Source: Ylistrum balloti
Lineage: Eukaryota
NCBI RefSeq assembly: GCF_031769215.1
Contig: NW_026782099.1
Span: 186,001-250,000, forward strand
DNA: 64,000 nucleotides
Direction: 5' to 3'
Shown here: piece by piece, positions 1-13,600 of the stretch
Numbering within the stretch: the stretch's first letter is position 1
Layout: the number at the start of each line of letters is the position of its first letter
Position numbers and translations under genes: made by a program
Notes under the pieces: model-generated
The model's database searches: none
Seen by the model: only the letters and a program-made list of their open reading frames with translations
Told to the model about the DNA's origin: nothing

Positions 1-649
1 GTGTGATAACACTGAATCAAGACAGACATAAATAACAGTTTATCACAGTGAAAGGATAACAGTAATGGGTGCTCTGCAGTATTTTACCTGGTGGTGTGAT
101 AACACTGAATCAAGACAGACATAAATAAATAACAGTTTATCACAGTGAAAGGATAACAGTAATGGGTGCTCTGCAGTATTTTACCTGGTGGTGTGATAAC
201 ACTGAATCAAGACAGACATAAGTAACAGTTTATCACCGTGAAAGGATAACAGTAATGGGTGCTCTGCAGTATTTTACCTGGTGGTGTGATAACACTGAAT
301 CAAGACAGACATAAATAACAGTTTATCACAGTAAAAGGATAACAGTAATGGGTGCTCTGCAGTATTTTACCTGGTGGTGTGATAACACTGAATCAAGACA
401 GACGTAAATAACAGTTTATCACAGTAAAAGGATAACAGTAATGGGTGCTCTGCAGTATTTTACCTGGTGGTGTGATAACACTGAATCAAGACAGACATAA
501 GTAACAGTTTATCACCATGAAAGGATAACAGTAATGGGTGCTCTGCAGTATTTTACCTGGTGGAGTGATAACACTGAATCAAGACAGACATAAATAACAG
601 TTTATCACCGTGAAAGGATAACAGTAATGGGTGCTCTACAGTATTTTAC
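1..649. repeat. Tandem array, 93-bp unit, about 7 copies, contains TBCE donor copies
   Basis: Unit gtgtgataacactgaatcaagacagacataaataacagtttatcacagtgaaaggataacagtaatgggtgctctgcagtattttacctggtg. Confidence 0.97.
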
Positions 650-779
650 CTCTGCTATATTGTTGTGGTTTATACAGAGATACTTCAAGGCTTGGAAGTG
701 TTGTGTTGTTTCACCACAGCCTACATCAGGGAACGTAATGGTGTCAATTTGATTGTCGCTCACGATCAGGCTTTCTAGC
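650..779 (-). CDS. TBCE: TBCE coding exon 7 (LRR)
   Basis: [18 protein letters not shown]...[16 protein letters not shown], 130 nt, donor GAG|GTAAAA. Confidence 0.92.
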
Positions 780-3700
780 CTTAAACAGAAAAAACAATCC
801 ATGTATTTCAAACACAAGCAAAAAATGTCCTGAATATTTATAATTTCTAAAATTCATTTTCTTTTGATTGTAACCTCCATGTCCTCTTAATTAATGCCAC
901 ATTTACCTAAAAACATAAAAAATAGAAAATGCAAAAAAAAAAAAAAAAAATTCAAAATCAATCTTATCAAAACTATCCCAAACATTACTCCATTACCATA
1001 AAACAGATATTTAACAATATCAGAACAGTTTGCCTACAAGGCTGCACACTAAAACACTTAACACATGAAAAACCAAGAGGACAGACATACTGATGGTGTT
1101 ACTTACTTGGGTAAATGGCTGAGATGAAGTACTTGTGACCATGTTTGTACACTGTTAGATTCCAGGTTGATGAGGGTAAGATTCTGTAGGTGACCTTCAG
1201 GTTTGGATAAATTTGTGATGCCATTAAAACAAACATGTAATTGCTCTAGAAGAGGAAACATAAGACTACATTCCAGTATCTGTAACAAGAAAAAAATCCT
1301 TCATTAAATACACATTACAACAGCATGTATGATATACTATACATTTTACAGCAACTCAATTCAGACCATGAGTGGTGTAAGACAAAATATCTTCAATCCT
1401 GTCACTACAATATCAAAGTCCCCATCAGGGACATTTGTCCCCGTGTTACTGGTTATCAAAAGACTTTGTCTAAAATCCACAATGTAATTCTGTTGCTGTA
1501 GAACTTCATCAAAGTCATTTGTTAATCTTTAGCTACTTAAACATAATAGTGGCTCTGAAAGATCTTTGCTGGAAAAAAATAAATTTAGGACCCTCGCTTG
1601 TATATGATGTGGAGGCGATTCCTTACCCTTAGTAGTTAGTATTTCTTCCATACTTTATCATAAGGGATAACAAATTTTCATGTCAAGAGAACCAAGGCTG
1701 TAAATGTACCTTCAAATATACAATACTCAATTCTGCAGGCAATCCATTAATTCAAACGTTTATCTTACATGCTTGATAATGTTGTGTACCTGTTGCCAGC
1801 TGTAGGTAATCCTATTAAGAAACAGGACCTTCAAGCCTGGGAATGCTGATTCCAATTCTGTTGGATTAGATGGTAACACCAGATTGTTTTCACTGAAATA
1901 TGATTTCATTTGTATTAGAATAAGCAATATGTACTGATGAAACATCAAACCAACTTGATTACCTGCAGATAAACTCTAAGAATATACATTGCAATGATTT
2001 ACAGTCAATATCCATATGCAATTAATCAAATGACATCCACAAATATTGTGATTTTTCTGTCTTAAAGTGACTTTGTAACTGATCTTAGATCTATAGACTG
2101 GAAAAGATGATTCTAGCCTAATTACATAATTCTTCAGACATAAGTCTATTTTCATAATTTGATATTTGAAGCACAACTGTAATACTACATTTCATTAAAT
2201 GTAAGTCTATTTACATAGTTGGGAATCTATTTTCATAGTTTATTGGGAACATTTGTAGTGCAGTGGCACTATACCTGACATTGAGGCTTGTCAGTCCTGG
2301 TAGACACTCGGTGATGGCTGCCACTTTAGACCAAGATGGCAAAAGACTGTGGGCCATATCCAGCTCTGCTATACTACAGCCATGTGTCCTTAACTCAGAT
2401 GAATGTGGGCCGACACCATAAACAGACATGTCACGCACTACAACTTCTACAAGGCTGTTCAGTTGGCTACAAATAAAAGGGTATTGGTGAGTGGTAAAAT
2501 AACTAAAACATTCTAAAATACAAACTTAAGCAGTCTGTCACGACATCACATATGGATATATAAAACTTAACTAATGGCCTGACGGTCCCTAACAATAAGT
2601 TTTTCATATACTGACACACAGCAGTGTTCTCAAGAAATAGGTATGATAATTCAAATCCAATTCATGCATTGGATCTCAACAAACCTCAGTCATTTTACTT
2701 AACATATCAGCTCTTTGTAATATCTATATATCATTAATTGTAGAGTCCTATATAAAGAAGTGTTTTAGTTTATAGGAGTACTTCAATACCAAACTTTGAC
2801 ATTTTCCCATGGCCCATTAAGGTGAACAAGTAGCTGACTGGAACAAAGTTACCAATAACGAATTTGACCTCTTGGTGAGGCCTTTGTCTTGACATAAGGG
2901 CCTTTCTTGAATGAAATATTACTTCATTCTCTTTCAGCCAAGGATACATATTTCCACATATACATGGAAAAACAGCAGTATGGTTTGATAAAAAAAATTC
3001 AATCCAGTTATTTGATTTGATCTCAAAGGCAAATAAAATATGTAAACAAGAACAGATATTGCAGTCAAGAGAAAATTTGTTTCATAATGCTATCATAATA
3101 TACTCACTAATTAGAAGATTGAACACTTAGCCTGCTAAACCAATATCTAATTGTTTGTCGCCAGTAAGCTTTTCAACTTTGCTAAAAGAATTAGGAAATT
3201 TATTCCAGATCTCCTCATTTCAACTTTAGTTTATAATGAGGTAAACTTCACTTTACCGTGGTCTTTGATTCAGTGACCTTGACATTTTGCTAGGCAACTT
3301 TTCATCTTATTCTGATCATCTCTGATTTATCACATGATTAAAGATTCACCAGTAAGGAGATGAAAACTTGACCTTGACCTTTGATTCCCGTACTTTTGAG
3401 CTTTGATCTTGATCTTTGATATAGTGACCTCAATCAATGATTTTGCATGACTTCATTCCAACCATATCAACTTCACAAAAATATTTTCTAATTTCAAACC
3501 ACTTTATAGTGTAAATACAACCCTGCACAACCACTGTGTGTAGAAATGGTATCCTTACGCCATAAAAGGACCAAGAAGTACAAAATTTGACTAATAAACT
3601 TTCATTGAAACCTGCATCAAAAGTCCTAGTTTTACAGAGATGGATAGCCTTGTTATTGATAAAAGTATTCTTTTATATTTCCGACTGTTTAAGTAAACAA

Positions 3701-6082
3701 TTCTATAAGTTTAAAGTAAACACAATCTTATCTCTGACAAAAGCAAGCAAACTACCACTGATGTAGATATAAAATATACCTACATTAGATACCTTTATAC
3801 TTTACCTCTGTTTCTTATTTACAGACTTCGCACCAACCATTTCCACTACTGTCTTTTTCTTGTTGTTGTCAAGAACAAAGAGTTCAGAAGTAATTACTCC
3901 TGCTTCCTCTCCCTGCTCTTCTCCATAGCGATCCTGGAAGGCGGTGTAAAAACTCACTCCCATCTTTACCTTTTTTGGACGGACAAAAGATCCTCCAGTT
4001 GGGTGACTTTAAAAGAGATAATTCATTATAAGCTGACCAACTTTGGACTTTTGTGTTTTCCTTAACAACTAGTTATTGGACTTTCAGTAAGTAATACAAG
4101 ATTTTAACATCCATTTGTATATTTATTACAAAATATTTGGATGTAATCTTGTAATAGTGAAATTGAAGCTTTCTTCGATTTCCATATATCACCAAATCAT
4201 TTCTCTATTCTGTACTTAAAGTGATTCTGAAGTCATTGTTGTTTAAATATACATGTTCAAATTTTTAATTTACTGCTAGAGAAGTCAATGTAAAAAGTTA
4301 ACATTAAGTTGTTCAGGTTTATTACTTATTGCTCCAGACATGTTATTAGAAAATATCTCTTAAACCAAATTATTGTGCCATGAATTTTGTTCTGATATTG
4401 CATGTTGTCATTAATGTTTCAAGATTTAACATTAATAGAGATGCATGATGCAGTCTTGGCCATCATATTTTTTTACATGTGTACTTCTTCACTGCCATTC
4501 ATATTACTATAATATTAAATTTAGAAATCTAAAATGGTACACTCCTTTAATTAAAGATTAAGAGTGTAAAATATTATTGCACCCATGTATCTGAAATTAT
4601 CAGAAATATATGGGCTTCACTTGTTTTGCAACAATCAGTCAATAGTGGGCTAATATGACAGTCTGTCATAAATTCTCAAGAAAAAAATAGACCTGTGTGA
4701 GGAACGCTTCAGTACATAAAATCACAAAAGAGTATAATCATAGTGATACACAGGTACTTATCATTCAAATGAAAAATTCTTGATTCCTGACACTTTATAA
4801 ATCCCTTATCAAGCACTACATCAAACCAAAAAATAGTTACCTTTTTATTTTATAAGATAGGAACTATTGTATATGAAATCATAAAAAATAAATTCTGCTT
4901 TTAATCTTGGAAAGAATTTTACAACTATCATTGTATCATGGTCACTGATACCTTAATGAATTCTGTGATGTAGGGTGTTACATTATAATTTTATCTATCA
5001 TGAAATTTTCCAGATCCTACTACTGCTATACACTTGGCACAGTCAGGGATCTTCCTAGAAAATCTTCAGTACCAGCTGCAGCTGCTAAGCTCATGTTCCT
5101 GAGTATATATACACCTTAAATTCCACTCAGGCAGATTCCGTAGCAGTACATAATTAGCAACACTATCATTTTGTATACTGGTTACCGTGAGAAATGAAAC
5201 AGATAAATTGTGAAATCCTAATAGTTTTGATTTCATGATACAATGTCATTTGAAAGAAATCATTTTTGGTTTAAATGTGGCCCTTTAATCTGCATGTATC
5301 ATTGTGACTAATACATCAAATAGTGAAATGGATACAGTGCAAAAAATCTGGTTTGGTTTCATTTTTGTAAAATGACAGCTCTGGGCATTAGATGTTTAGA
5401 AATAGGTGCTGCACCTACAAGAATGAGCTTGGGGAGAAGTCTGGGTACTATATTATATCATGGTCACCTTGTGCTAGTTCTTTGTAAGTAGTCTAGTAGA
5501 GTGCCTGATAGGAGATGTATATATGTCTCTGGTACTCTACATTGACATGTTAAGTGTACACATAAAATCATGATCTCCTTGCGCTACTTCTATGTAAGCA
5601 GCCTAATAGAGCATTCAATTGAACGTAGATTAATTTCTTACTTAGTGCTGAAGTATTGTTTGCCTTCATGCGTTCCATTGTGCTTTCCTCTGGAGGAATC
5701 ATCCCATTCAACCCCAATCCAGGAATCTTCAATAAAAAAAATGAAATAACTGAAAATCATAATCGTCATTGATGATAATCAAGATATATATCAGGGCTCT
5801 CACACCCCATTTTGGGACAGGGGCCGGGGGGGCCCTTTGAACTGGGAAAAATAATGGTGTTTACCTTAGAATTGGGAAAATCATAATATTTTGCATTGGG
5901 AATCATTATATGATAACAAAAGATATATATTGTTAGTAATCCCATTCAGTCCATGCTTTAGTTCATTTCTAACCTTTTGTACTTGCGATTTCCCCAATGT
6001 AGCGGACAGTTCCATAGTGGTCATCAAAGATAATCCTGTCTCCTAGCTGTAGCAGACTACCATCGTTACGATTCACATCCAT
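650..6082 (-). CDS. TBCE: Tubulin-specific chaperone E (CAP-Gly + leucine-rich repeats); 3'-partial, continues beyond left edge
   Basis: Join (minus): 6082-5974, 5726-5642, 4006-3806, 2466-2275, 1892-1790, 1279-1107, 779-650. All introns GT-AG with consistent phases (993 nt, 331 aa). Translation [31 protein letters not shown]...[24 protein letters not shown]...[13 protein letters not shown] matches the TBCE CAP-Gly domain, followed by LRRs ([27 protein letters not shown]). Confidence 0.95.
1107..1279 (-). CDS. TBCE: TBCE coding exon 6 (LRR)
   Basis: [21 protein letters not shown]...[22 protein letters not shown], 173 nt. Confidence 0.92.
1790..1892 (-). CDS. TBCE: TBCE coding exon 5 (LRR)
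   Basis: [34 protein letters not shown], 103 nt. Confidence 0.92.
2275..2466 (-). CDS. TBCE: TBCE coding exon 4 (LRR)
   Basis: [15 protein letters not shown]...[32 protein letters not shown], 192 nt. Confidence 0.93.
3806..4006 (-). CDS. TBCE: TBCE coding exon 3
   Basis: [27 protein letters not shown]...[13 protein letters not shown], 201 nt, phase 2/2. Confidence 0.95.
5642..5726 (-). CDS. TBCE: TBCE coding exon 2 (CAP-Gly core)
   Basis: [35 protein letters not shown] borders, 85 nt. Confidence 0.95.
5974..6082 (-). CDS. TBCE: TBCE coding exon 1 (start ATG at 6082; acceptor AG at 6104-6103)
   Basis: [36 protein letters not shown], phase-1 donor GTTAG. Confidence 0.9.
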
Positions 6083-6803
6083 CCTTCTTTATCCAAGTCA
6101 ATCTGTAATACAAAGGATTAATGTAAAAATTACTCTCCATGCTGCAACTACTGTCTTCCATTAGACTGAAATCCAAAATTAAGGAAACATGCTACAGCAT
6201 CTACAACAGCAATCACTAGGAGCCAGAAGAAGGGATTACAGGCTCAATATGTTTTAGAAGATCAATAGAGAACTTATTGTAATTAAAAAAACCGAGAGAT
6301 TAGTAACATTTCTGCTAGATCTGACAGTCCCATAATCACCTGTTAACATCGTGCAAAACTGACTGAAGCATTCAAGGCTGGTGTGGCTGCACTTAAGTAA
6401 CCCCTTGCTTTTCAACCAATTTAAATCTGTTATTGTCCATACACTTTTTGATTCAAAAGTGTTTCTGTGACACTTGCACACATCTAACACTGCATAGTCT
6501 TCAAGAAGACAAAGGAGGAAGTTTAATGGCAGACATAGAAGACATAAATAAAAATAATAGGATTTGACAGACTTCACCTGCCATTCATTTACTTTAGGAT
6601 TATTACATGTGCCTTTTGATAACCCCCACAAGTTCTCTCAGCGCAAAAGTTTATGTCAATTTATATTTTCTTTAAAGATTACAATGGATATATGTATTCA
6701 TAAAAATATACCATATGTTCCAAAATTCCTGTCAGATTGGATTTTCCTTATGATTAGGGTATATTTAATATATTTCTTTCTCTAAAAGCAAACATTTATT
6801 TAC

Positions 6804-6960
6804 CTAAGAGAATGCACCGGTATATTAATGTTAAATTTCCATAACTCCCTAGCGATGTCTGTCACTCGATCCCCAGATGACCTGCCACACCTCCAGTTTC
6901 TTATGTCGTCGCGACAAAAAGCTTGCTAAGCTAGGACCTATTCAAAAATATCCTGACAAA
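6804..6960 (-). other. TBCE: Probable non-coding first exon of TBCE (5' boundary approximate)
   Basis: Donor TAG|GTAAAT at 6804/6803 fits the acceptor at 6104-6103 upstream of the ATG; lies in the CpG-containing promoter zone. Confidence 0.5.
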
Positions 6961-7150
6961 TGTACCGGTGAGCATGAACACCGCTATTTGGAATTTTTGC
7001 TGTGTGTTTTTATAGTCATCATAACGCTTAACGGTCATATATGGTTTGTGTATTAGAAGCGCTTGTCTGACTACGATTTAAAAGCGGAAGTACTCTGGAA
7101 AGGAAGTAAACAGAAACTGGAAGCTGAGATCATTTCTCAAAGGAGATGTC
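6850..7150. promoter_or_regulatory. Candidate bidirectional promoter between TBCE and AREL1
   Basis: Divergent genes. Local CpG cluster in otherwise CpG-poor DNA; ETS/GABP-type GCGGAAGT (7084-7091), AGGAAGT (7101-7107) and TGGAAG (7119); palindrome GTCGCGAC (6908-6915). Confidence 0.6.
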
Positions 7151-7355
7151 CGTGCTTTATCAAATTGTTTTTGAATGTATCTTTGTGTTGTTGAATCAGA
7201 CAAACTGAAAGAAGTCTGCTATCATGAACATGACACATATTTGTCGACAAACCGGATTTTGAAAGTTGTTCTGCTGCTGTCAAGGACTCTTCGGTTTAAC
7301 CTGTTAACCACAACAATAACACCTTTATATATAATAACTGCAAAATACATCCAAA

Positions 7356-7647
7356 ATGCCGCCCAGGCGTGGTGTTCCTGTTGGAAGAGGAACACCTTTT
7401 ATAATCATTATCGAAGTACTAATCACAATTGCCATTCTGTTCAAAGATATGATGATGTGGATACACGCAACACTGAGACGAATATCTGCTGATGCCCCAG
7501 TCATTGCACTGGGTGTATTCATTATTGGTACAGTATTACATATAAGCTTACAAACGGTGCCACCAGAATCATCCTCAAAGGTAGACATATGGAACTGGAT
7601 GGACAAGAATGGCCTCAAACAGTACAACAATGTGTTTACAGAGCAAG
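7356..7647 (+). CDS. AREL1: AREL1 exon 1: two hydrophobic segments + start of SAM-like domain
   Basis: CAAAATG context; ...DIWNWMDKNGLKQYNNVFTEQ; phase-1 donor AG|GTAATT. Confidence 0.75.
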
Positions 7648-10600
7648 GTAATTATCAAGCTGTAATGAAAATGGAAAATTGATTTTTTTGAAAAGGGATG
7701 ATGACTCATAATTAGCAATTATATCAAGGGATTACTTATATTGCTTCATACACAAAGTTTTTAAGATGTACTATTAGCAATAGCATTAATACCTTGTCTC
7801 CTCTGTCATGGACAGAATATTCTGATAGGAATAAAATACATCTCTCATCCTGGTGTAGGAAATGGGTTGGGTACAAGACCTGTGCAAATTAAGCAGTACA
7901 AGTTCAAAACAACTTTCAAACATGGATTGCTCTTATCAGCCATCTGGAAATGTCAAAGTTGAGAATATGAATATGCATTCATTGTAGTGTTCTCCAATAA
8001 ATCTGCATGTAAGACCTTTGTTTGGTAAAATACCTGGTCATTTGTGTGGAGAGACAGTCAATGTAATCTTTATGAATTAAATGTATATTGTATGTATCTC
8101 TCACCATTACCAATAGATAAGCCAGCATAAGTAAAATCTGCCAATTTTATATTGCTAGAACTAGTACTGGACTAGTTTATTTATTATTATGATGTATCAT
8201 ATCAGGATGAATCTAACAAAACTTTTTTTATCTGATCTGACTATTGTGATCATTACCAGTTACCAATTGTGCAAAGAATAATTTTTCTCTCTAAAACAAA
8301 ATAAAAATATGTGCAACAACATATAAACCATCTTGAAATTATTAGAAAACAGCTGTCTTTTTCTGCTGATAATCTAACGAATCAGAACACACATGGCACT
8401 TATTTTGACTGACTGATCACATGCTCACTATTGTGGCTGAATATAGCCAATTCTCATAAAATCTTGTGTGCAAAAGTTACCGCTTCCGTATAAAATATGA
8501 TGAAAAATTAATATGGGAGGTAAGTACAAAGTATGGAAAATACAGCTGCAAGAAAAAATTTTGGTTGAAAATATGGGATATATATATATCCCCCTGCCAA
8601 AAGATATTGCATGTAAAATGACCAGTTTACTGATTATTGCCATTATTCATATCTTGCCTCCTTAAGGATGTACTTCTCTGATGTTTTGACTGGAAGTAGT
8701 AAATAATTCAATACAAAATTAATTCCAAGATATCTTGGACTGTGGTAGTCTTATACTCTTTGTTATCTAAAGTTATACTTATAGACTTAAATTTTTAGGA
8801 TTTTTTTAAAGAATGTGGACTTCCTTTTTTGACAGCATTCCTGACAACTACATCAACAATTTCATTGGTTTCTTGTTGCTGATGTACTTTTCTTAAGTAT
8901 AACTCTAGGAATCTGAAGTAGATATCAACTAAGTTTTACATGAATTATTACCACAAATCACAGATTTCCAAATTTCTGAATTCCGACTTGAATGATCTTT
9001 TTCGCAGAATTTTAGGAGCCAAAAACAAATAATTTCTTAATCTGTTTCTTGATCTTGGAAAAACTGTCTTTATGGATGAAAGTTACAAAAAAAGGATCAC
9101 AGATAATTTCTCTATCCAAATTTAAAGTATTTAAAAAAGTTAGTACTAGAAGATATTCAGATGAAGGATTTGGGTTATGTTGGAAAAGTTTCAGTTTTTG
9201 GCTGCCATGCAGAATAAAACTTGTTAAAACTTAGCATTTTTCACATTCTTTTTTCTTAATATCCAAGTATCATACCCTTCTCTTGTAATTAAAGACAAAA
9301 ATTCATTTTATAAACGGTTGCAGTGAAAATAACGGGGAATGTCTGGGGAAAAAAAGAACAATATGTGAAAACGAATTATTTCCTGTTAAATATATTCTGA
9401 TGCCTGTACGGGAAAAAGTTGTGCAGTAACATATTGAAATTTGCAGTAAATTTACTTTCTGAAATCAAACCTTTCTAAAAATCATTATCATCCTTAAACA
9501 ACACAGCGGTCAGATCGTCATGCACTCTGACTCAATTAAAAAATCAAATCAACAACACAGTAGTCATTTACCACATTATAGATTAATAAACTTGGATTTT
9601 ATCTCTAAGTATATTTTTTAAATATCAGAAATCTGCTTCATTAAACTAATGTTTCAGGAAATTAAAAGAAGTTAACAGCATGTTAATGGTAGTTGATTTT
9701 GGATGTTATTTTGCTTAATATTTTCAGGTGTAGAAACAACTAAAGACATTTTGTCTATGGAACTTGAAAAGATACCAGAGTTTTCCTCACTGCCTCCTGA
9801 TCAACAGCATGAGCTCAGAAATGCTTTCAATGCATTAAAAGAAGAAACATACCTTCAGATATTACTAGAGAAAAACAAAATTCCTGCATCAATATTCGAC
9901 AGGTGAGCTGTGTATACAAAGTTGGTTAAGAAAAAATAGAAATGTTTGAAAAAAATGTAATAATTACTTCACTAAATAAACATTGGGTGCATTAAGTAAA
10001 TACGCACTATATATACTTATATATGATGTACATACAAACTTGTCTATCTTATATATAACTACTAATGCATGTAAAATGTATGAAGTTAATCCCTAATTTG
10101 CACTGCATCTCTTTAATTTCTCATTTGCTATCGAATTGAAAATGGCTTGAGAAATAGATACTTTGTTAAATTGGTGAAAATAATTAGCATAGTTTTTGAA
10201 AAATAAGTCTTCTGAAACATTTCAATAATTTCTGCAGGTTGAAAGCCAGAGGAGTAGTGTCTTTACAGACCCTATCACACTTGTCTGATCGTGTGATACA
10301 GACAATCACAGAGACCGACAACACCCTAACTGACTTCCAGAATCTTAAACATTGTGTGACACATGCCAGAGACTACATAGACAACCGGGATGAGCTGTAC
10401 CTCTACAGTCAAGTTGGGAGAGATTTTGACTCACCGGTCACTCCCTTTGTAATGAAAGCCTTCAAAATAGGTAAGCATATTGTCTTTGTATGTACATTCA
10501 GCCATGCAGTATCCGATTCTGACTTTCTTCACCATAAGTTTGCTTGAGGAATATTGAATTGACAAATGTTAATGGAGAAAGTATTACAGCTGTTATAATT

Positions 10601-13600
10601 ATGACATGGTTAAAAAATTGTATATTATATATAAAGTACAGACAACAAACTGAAGAAAGATCAGCAGGCAGGTATCTAGCCAGGCCAAACAGATCACAGT
10701 GAAATCTATTATTAATGATAGAATTAAAGACAATGAGATATGTCTTGAAGATTGACAATCAACAGAGAGTTATATACCATCATTAGTGATAATCGAATGG
10801 TATGTTAATGAAGGGAGATAACTTCCACGTGCTAAATTGGTATTTCTTTTGTGGCATGTTTGATTTTCTGTATGATAAGGGAGATCTTTCTATAAATGGA
10901 ACTTTCATTGTTTTGTTCTTAGACACATTTTAAAATAAGAATGTATGTTATTGACTAATACAGGAAAATGTATGTGTGTTTTCCTGTAATTCTTATCGTC
11001 TGTAACATCAAGAGGGTTTGGCAGTTCTGGTTCAAACCTCATCATCAGGTAGTTATAAGAGCATGTAGCGCTTTTAAGATTGGAGAATGGCAATTCCTAA
11101 ATGTGTTGCTTTTATTTTTTTCCAAAAACTGGAAGCAGTAATCCACGTAAGACCCAGGGTGAAATATAGTTTTGGTATATATAAATGTAAATTGATTAAC
11201 TGCTGTTTAGATAACAAACTTAGATGCAGAACTCTATATATATTGTTGTATCCTCATGAGAGTGAGAAAAGTACGGTACATTGTAAATTGCTCTTTCAGA
11301 ACCAAGATATTTGCAAAGCCAAAGCATTTAAATCCACATTAGCATACATATTGCAAAGTAAACTTGTTCAAACATGAATGAATTAGTCTATATATTAATA
11401 AAAAAGGATACATTTGTGTATCACTGAATGTAGTCATATTGTCATATAATCAGATAAAATTGAATACAGGATAATAGAAAATGATACTTAGTTACATGCC
11501 TTGTTTCACCCTGTTTAGTAATCATATACATGCGTTTTACTGTAGCAAATGCTATGCTCTTTTAAGGCCTTGTCTTTTTCATATTAGAATGAAAATTGAA
11601 ATAAAATAGTTGTGTTGGGAACGGATATTTTTAGGACCACATGTGAGCATTGTGTGTTAAATCACAATCAGTTATGTAATATTATTAGTTTTTACACAAA
11701 CTTAGAATAGATCCTATTCGAAGTCCATGGTTTTCACTTGAGGATATTATGTGCTTATTAAAAAACAGTTATATAATTACTGTACGCATTAAGGTATTGT
11801 TATGTATGTATAGTCACAGAGTAACATTGTAAATTTTTACCGTTCACAACATTATGACTAGCTGCAATGTGCCTGCTTTTATACCTCAACAATATAGTCA
11901 GTTCTCCTTGATTTAATTTGGAAATTGTTCAAATACTGAATACCAGGAATTATTCGTCCTCATTATTTTTTTTCATCATTTAACCAATTGACAGGGAGGT
12001 AAATTTAAGATGAGGGTAAAAATTTGTTACACACATATATAATCCTTTTATATAACCCTGATAGGGCAAAATGAACACGAGGCAAATTAGTGTGCAAGGG
12101 CAAAAATAACCTGGGATGAAAGTATCCCAGTATAGAGTATATTGATTTGAAAATAAGGTCACTGTAAAGCATGACAACAAGTAATGTAATATTGCAGGAA
12201 AATACCGAAAACTATGATGCTAAATACTTATCTGTTCCTGAAGAAGGACATCACATGCTATCATATTGTAACTTTATTTAAAGAATAGGTGGGGAGGGGA
12301 GTGTATTAGCTGAGTTCTGACCATCTTTATTACTAGCCCTTCTCCGCTGAGTTGTGGGTTCAAGGCTTATGTGCGACATTGCCAGGTAACGGTTGTTTTT
12401 CTCTAGGAGCTCAGCCTTTCCTCCACCATCCAAACCTAATAAATTCTTAAGTGACTCTAGCTGTTTACAGGACAAACAGCAACAGTAAACAAAACCAAAC
12501 ATCTTAACAAACACATTGTATAGACTTTGTCATTATCAAGAAATTAACAGCTTTATTGGTTAATTACTAAGATATTCATTGTATCAGAAAGGTAACTTAA
12601 CTCATAATTTTGTTTGCACTTCACATTATTTTGACTTTTACCACCATTTACAAGCAGGGTAATTGTTACAGGAAGACATGCTTGAAAACTAACAGGAATC
12701 TATCTAAATATGGTCATAGAAAATTGTCATGGTAATGTGTTCATGCGTTATAGGGAGTATATGATTCACCTAGTTACATAAATTACAACAGAAATGTCCT
12801 TTTAGTGAAATCATGCAACACAATGTGTTTATTGATTTCTGTGTGAGTGATACAACCAAATGTGAGAAGTTGTCGATGCCCATAACAGAAAGTTAAGGGA
12901 AACATTTAGCTGGATCAAATTAAATTACCAGAAACACAAAATTAATGAAATGGGGGTACTGTATTTGATTACACAGTCTTGTACAAACTACATGCATTGT
13001 CAACTTATTTTCAAGGTCACAGGGCTTAAATCAATTAAAATATGATAATTTTCAAACATTTTCTTCTTGCAAAATATAATGTCTTGAGTCATGCAATTTA
13101 GTTTGCAGTTTGCTGGTATGAAGAGATAACATGTTTGTGAAAAATGGGAACTTGGCCAGCTGACATGGCTGAAATATAATTTACTTACTTATAATTGATA
13201 CAGGGACATGTAGAATAATTATTGCAAACACAAGCATTAAGCATAAGTGTAATTATATTTTCTATATTTAAATCCAGAGAGTGAGAAATATACATGTTTT
13301 TTTCTCATATATACTTAAATTTATACACACAGGTGGAGGTATGTAGTCAGGTGTGGTGTAGCAGGAATGGATTTTGTCAAGTGTTATCATCAGTACATTC
13401 CATGTAGGGTTTATATCCTAGTATCTTATCTTACTGGTTAGCATACCTGTTTTTACAGTTAGCATAATCATAATCTTCAAAAGCCAATGTTTTGTCACAG
13501 CTGGTTGTATTTCTCATGTTACTAAGTGATCACAATTTCTAATGTTTTTGTTGGATGTAGACACGTTTTTGCTTCTACTCCAACTCTCTATTCATTGGCC

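Noticed and set aside
7325-7630. 101-aa antisense ORF over AREL1 exon 1 (similarly 35746-36006 and 62760-63020)
   Set aside because: Shadow ORFs opposite genuine coding exons
12278-12514. 78-aa ORF as a nested gene
   Set aside because: Coincides with the antisense strand of a decayed SINE
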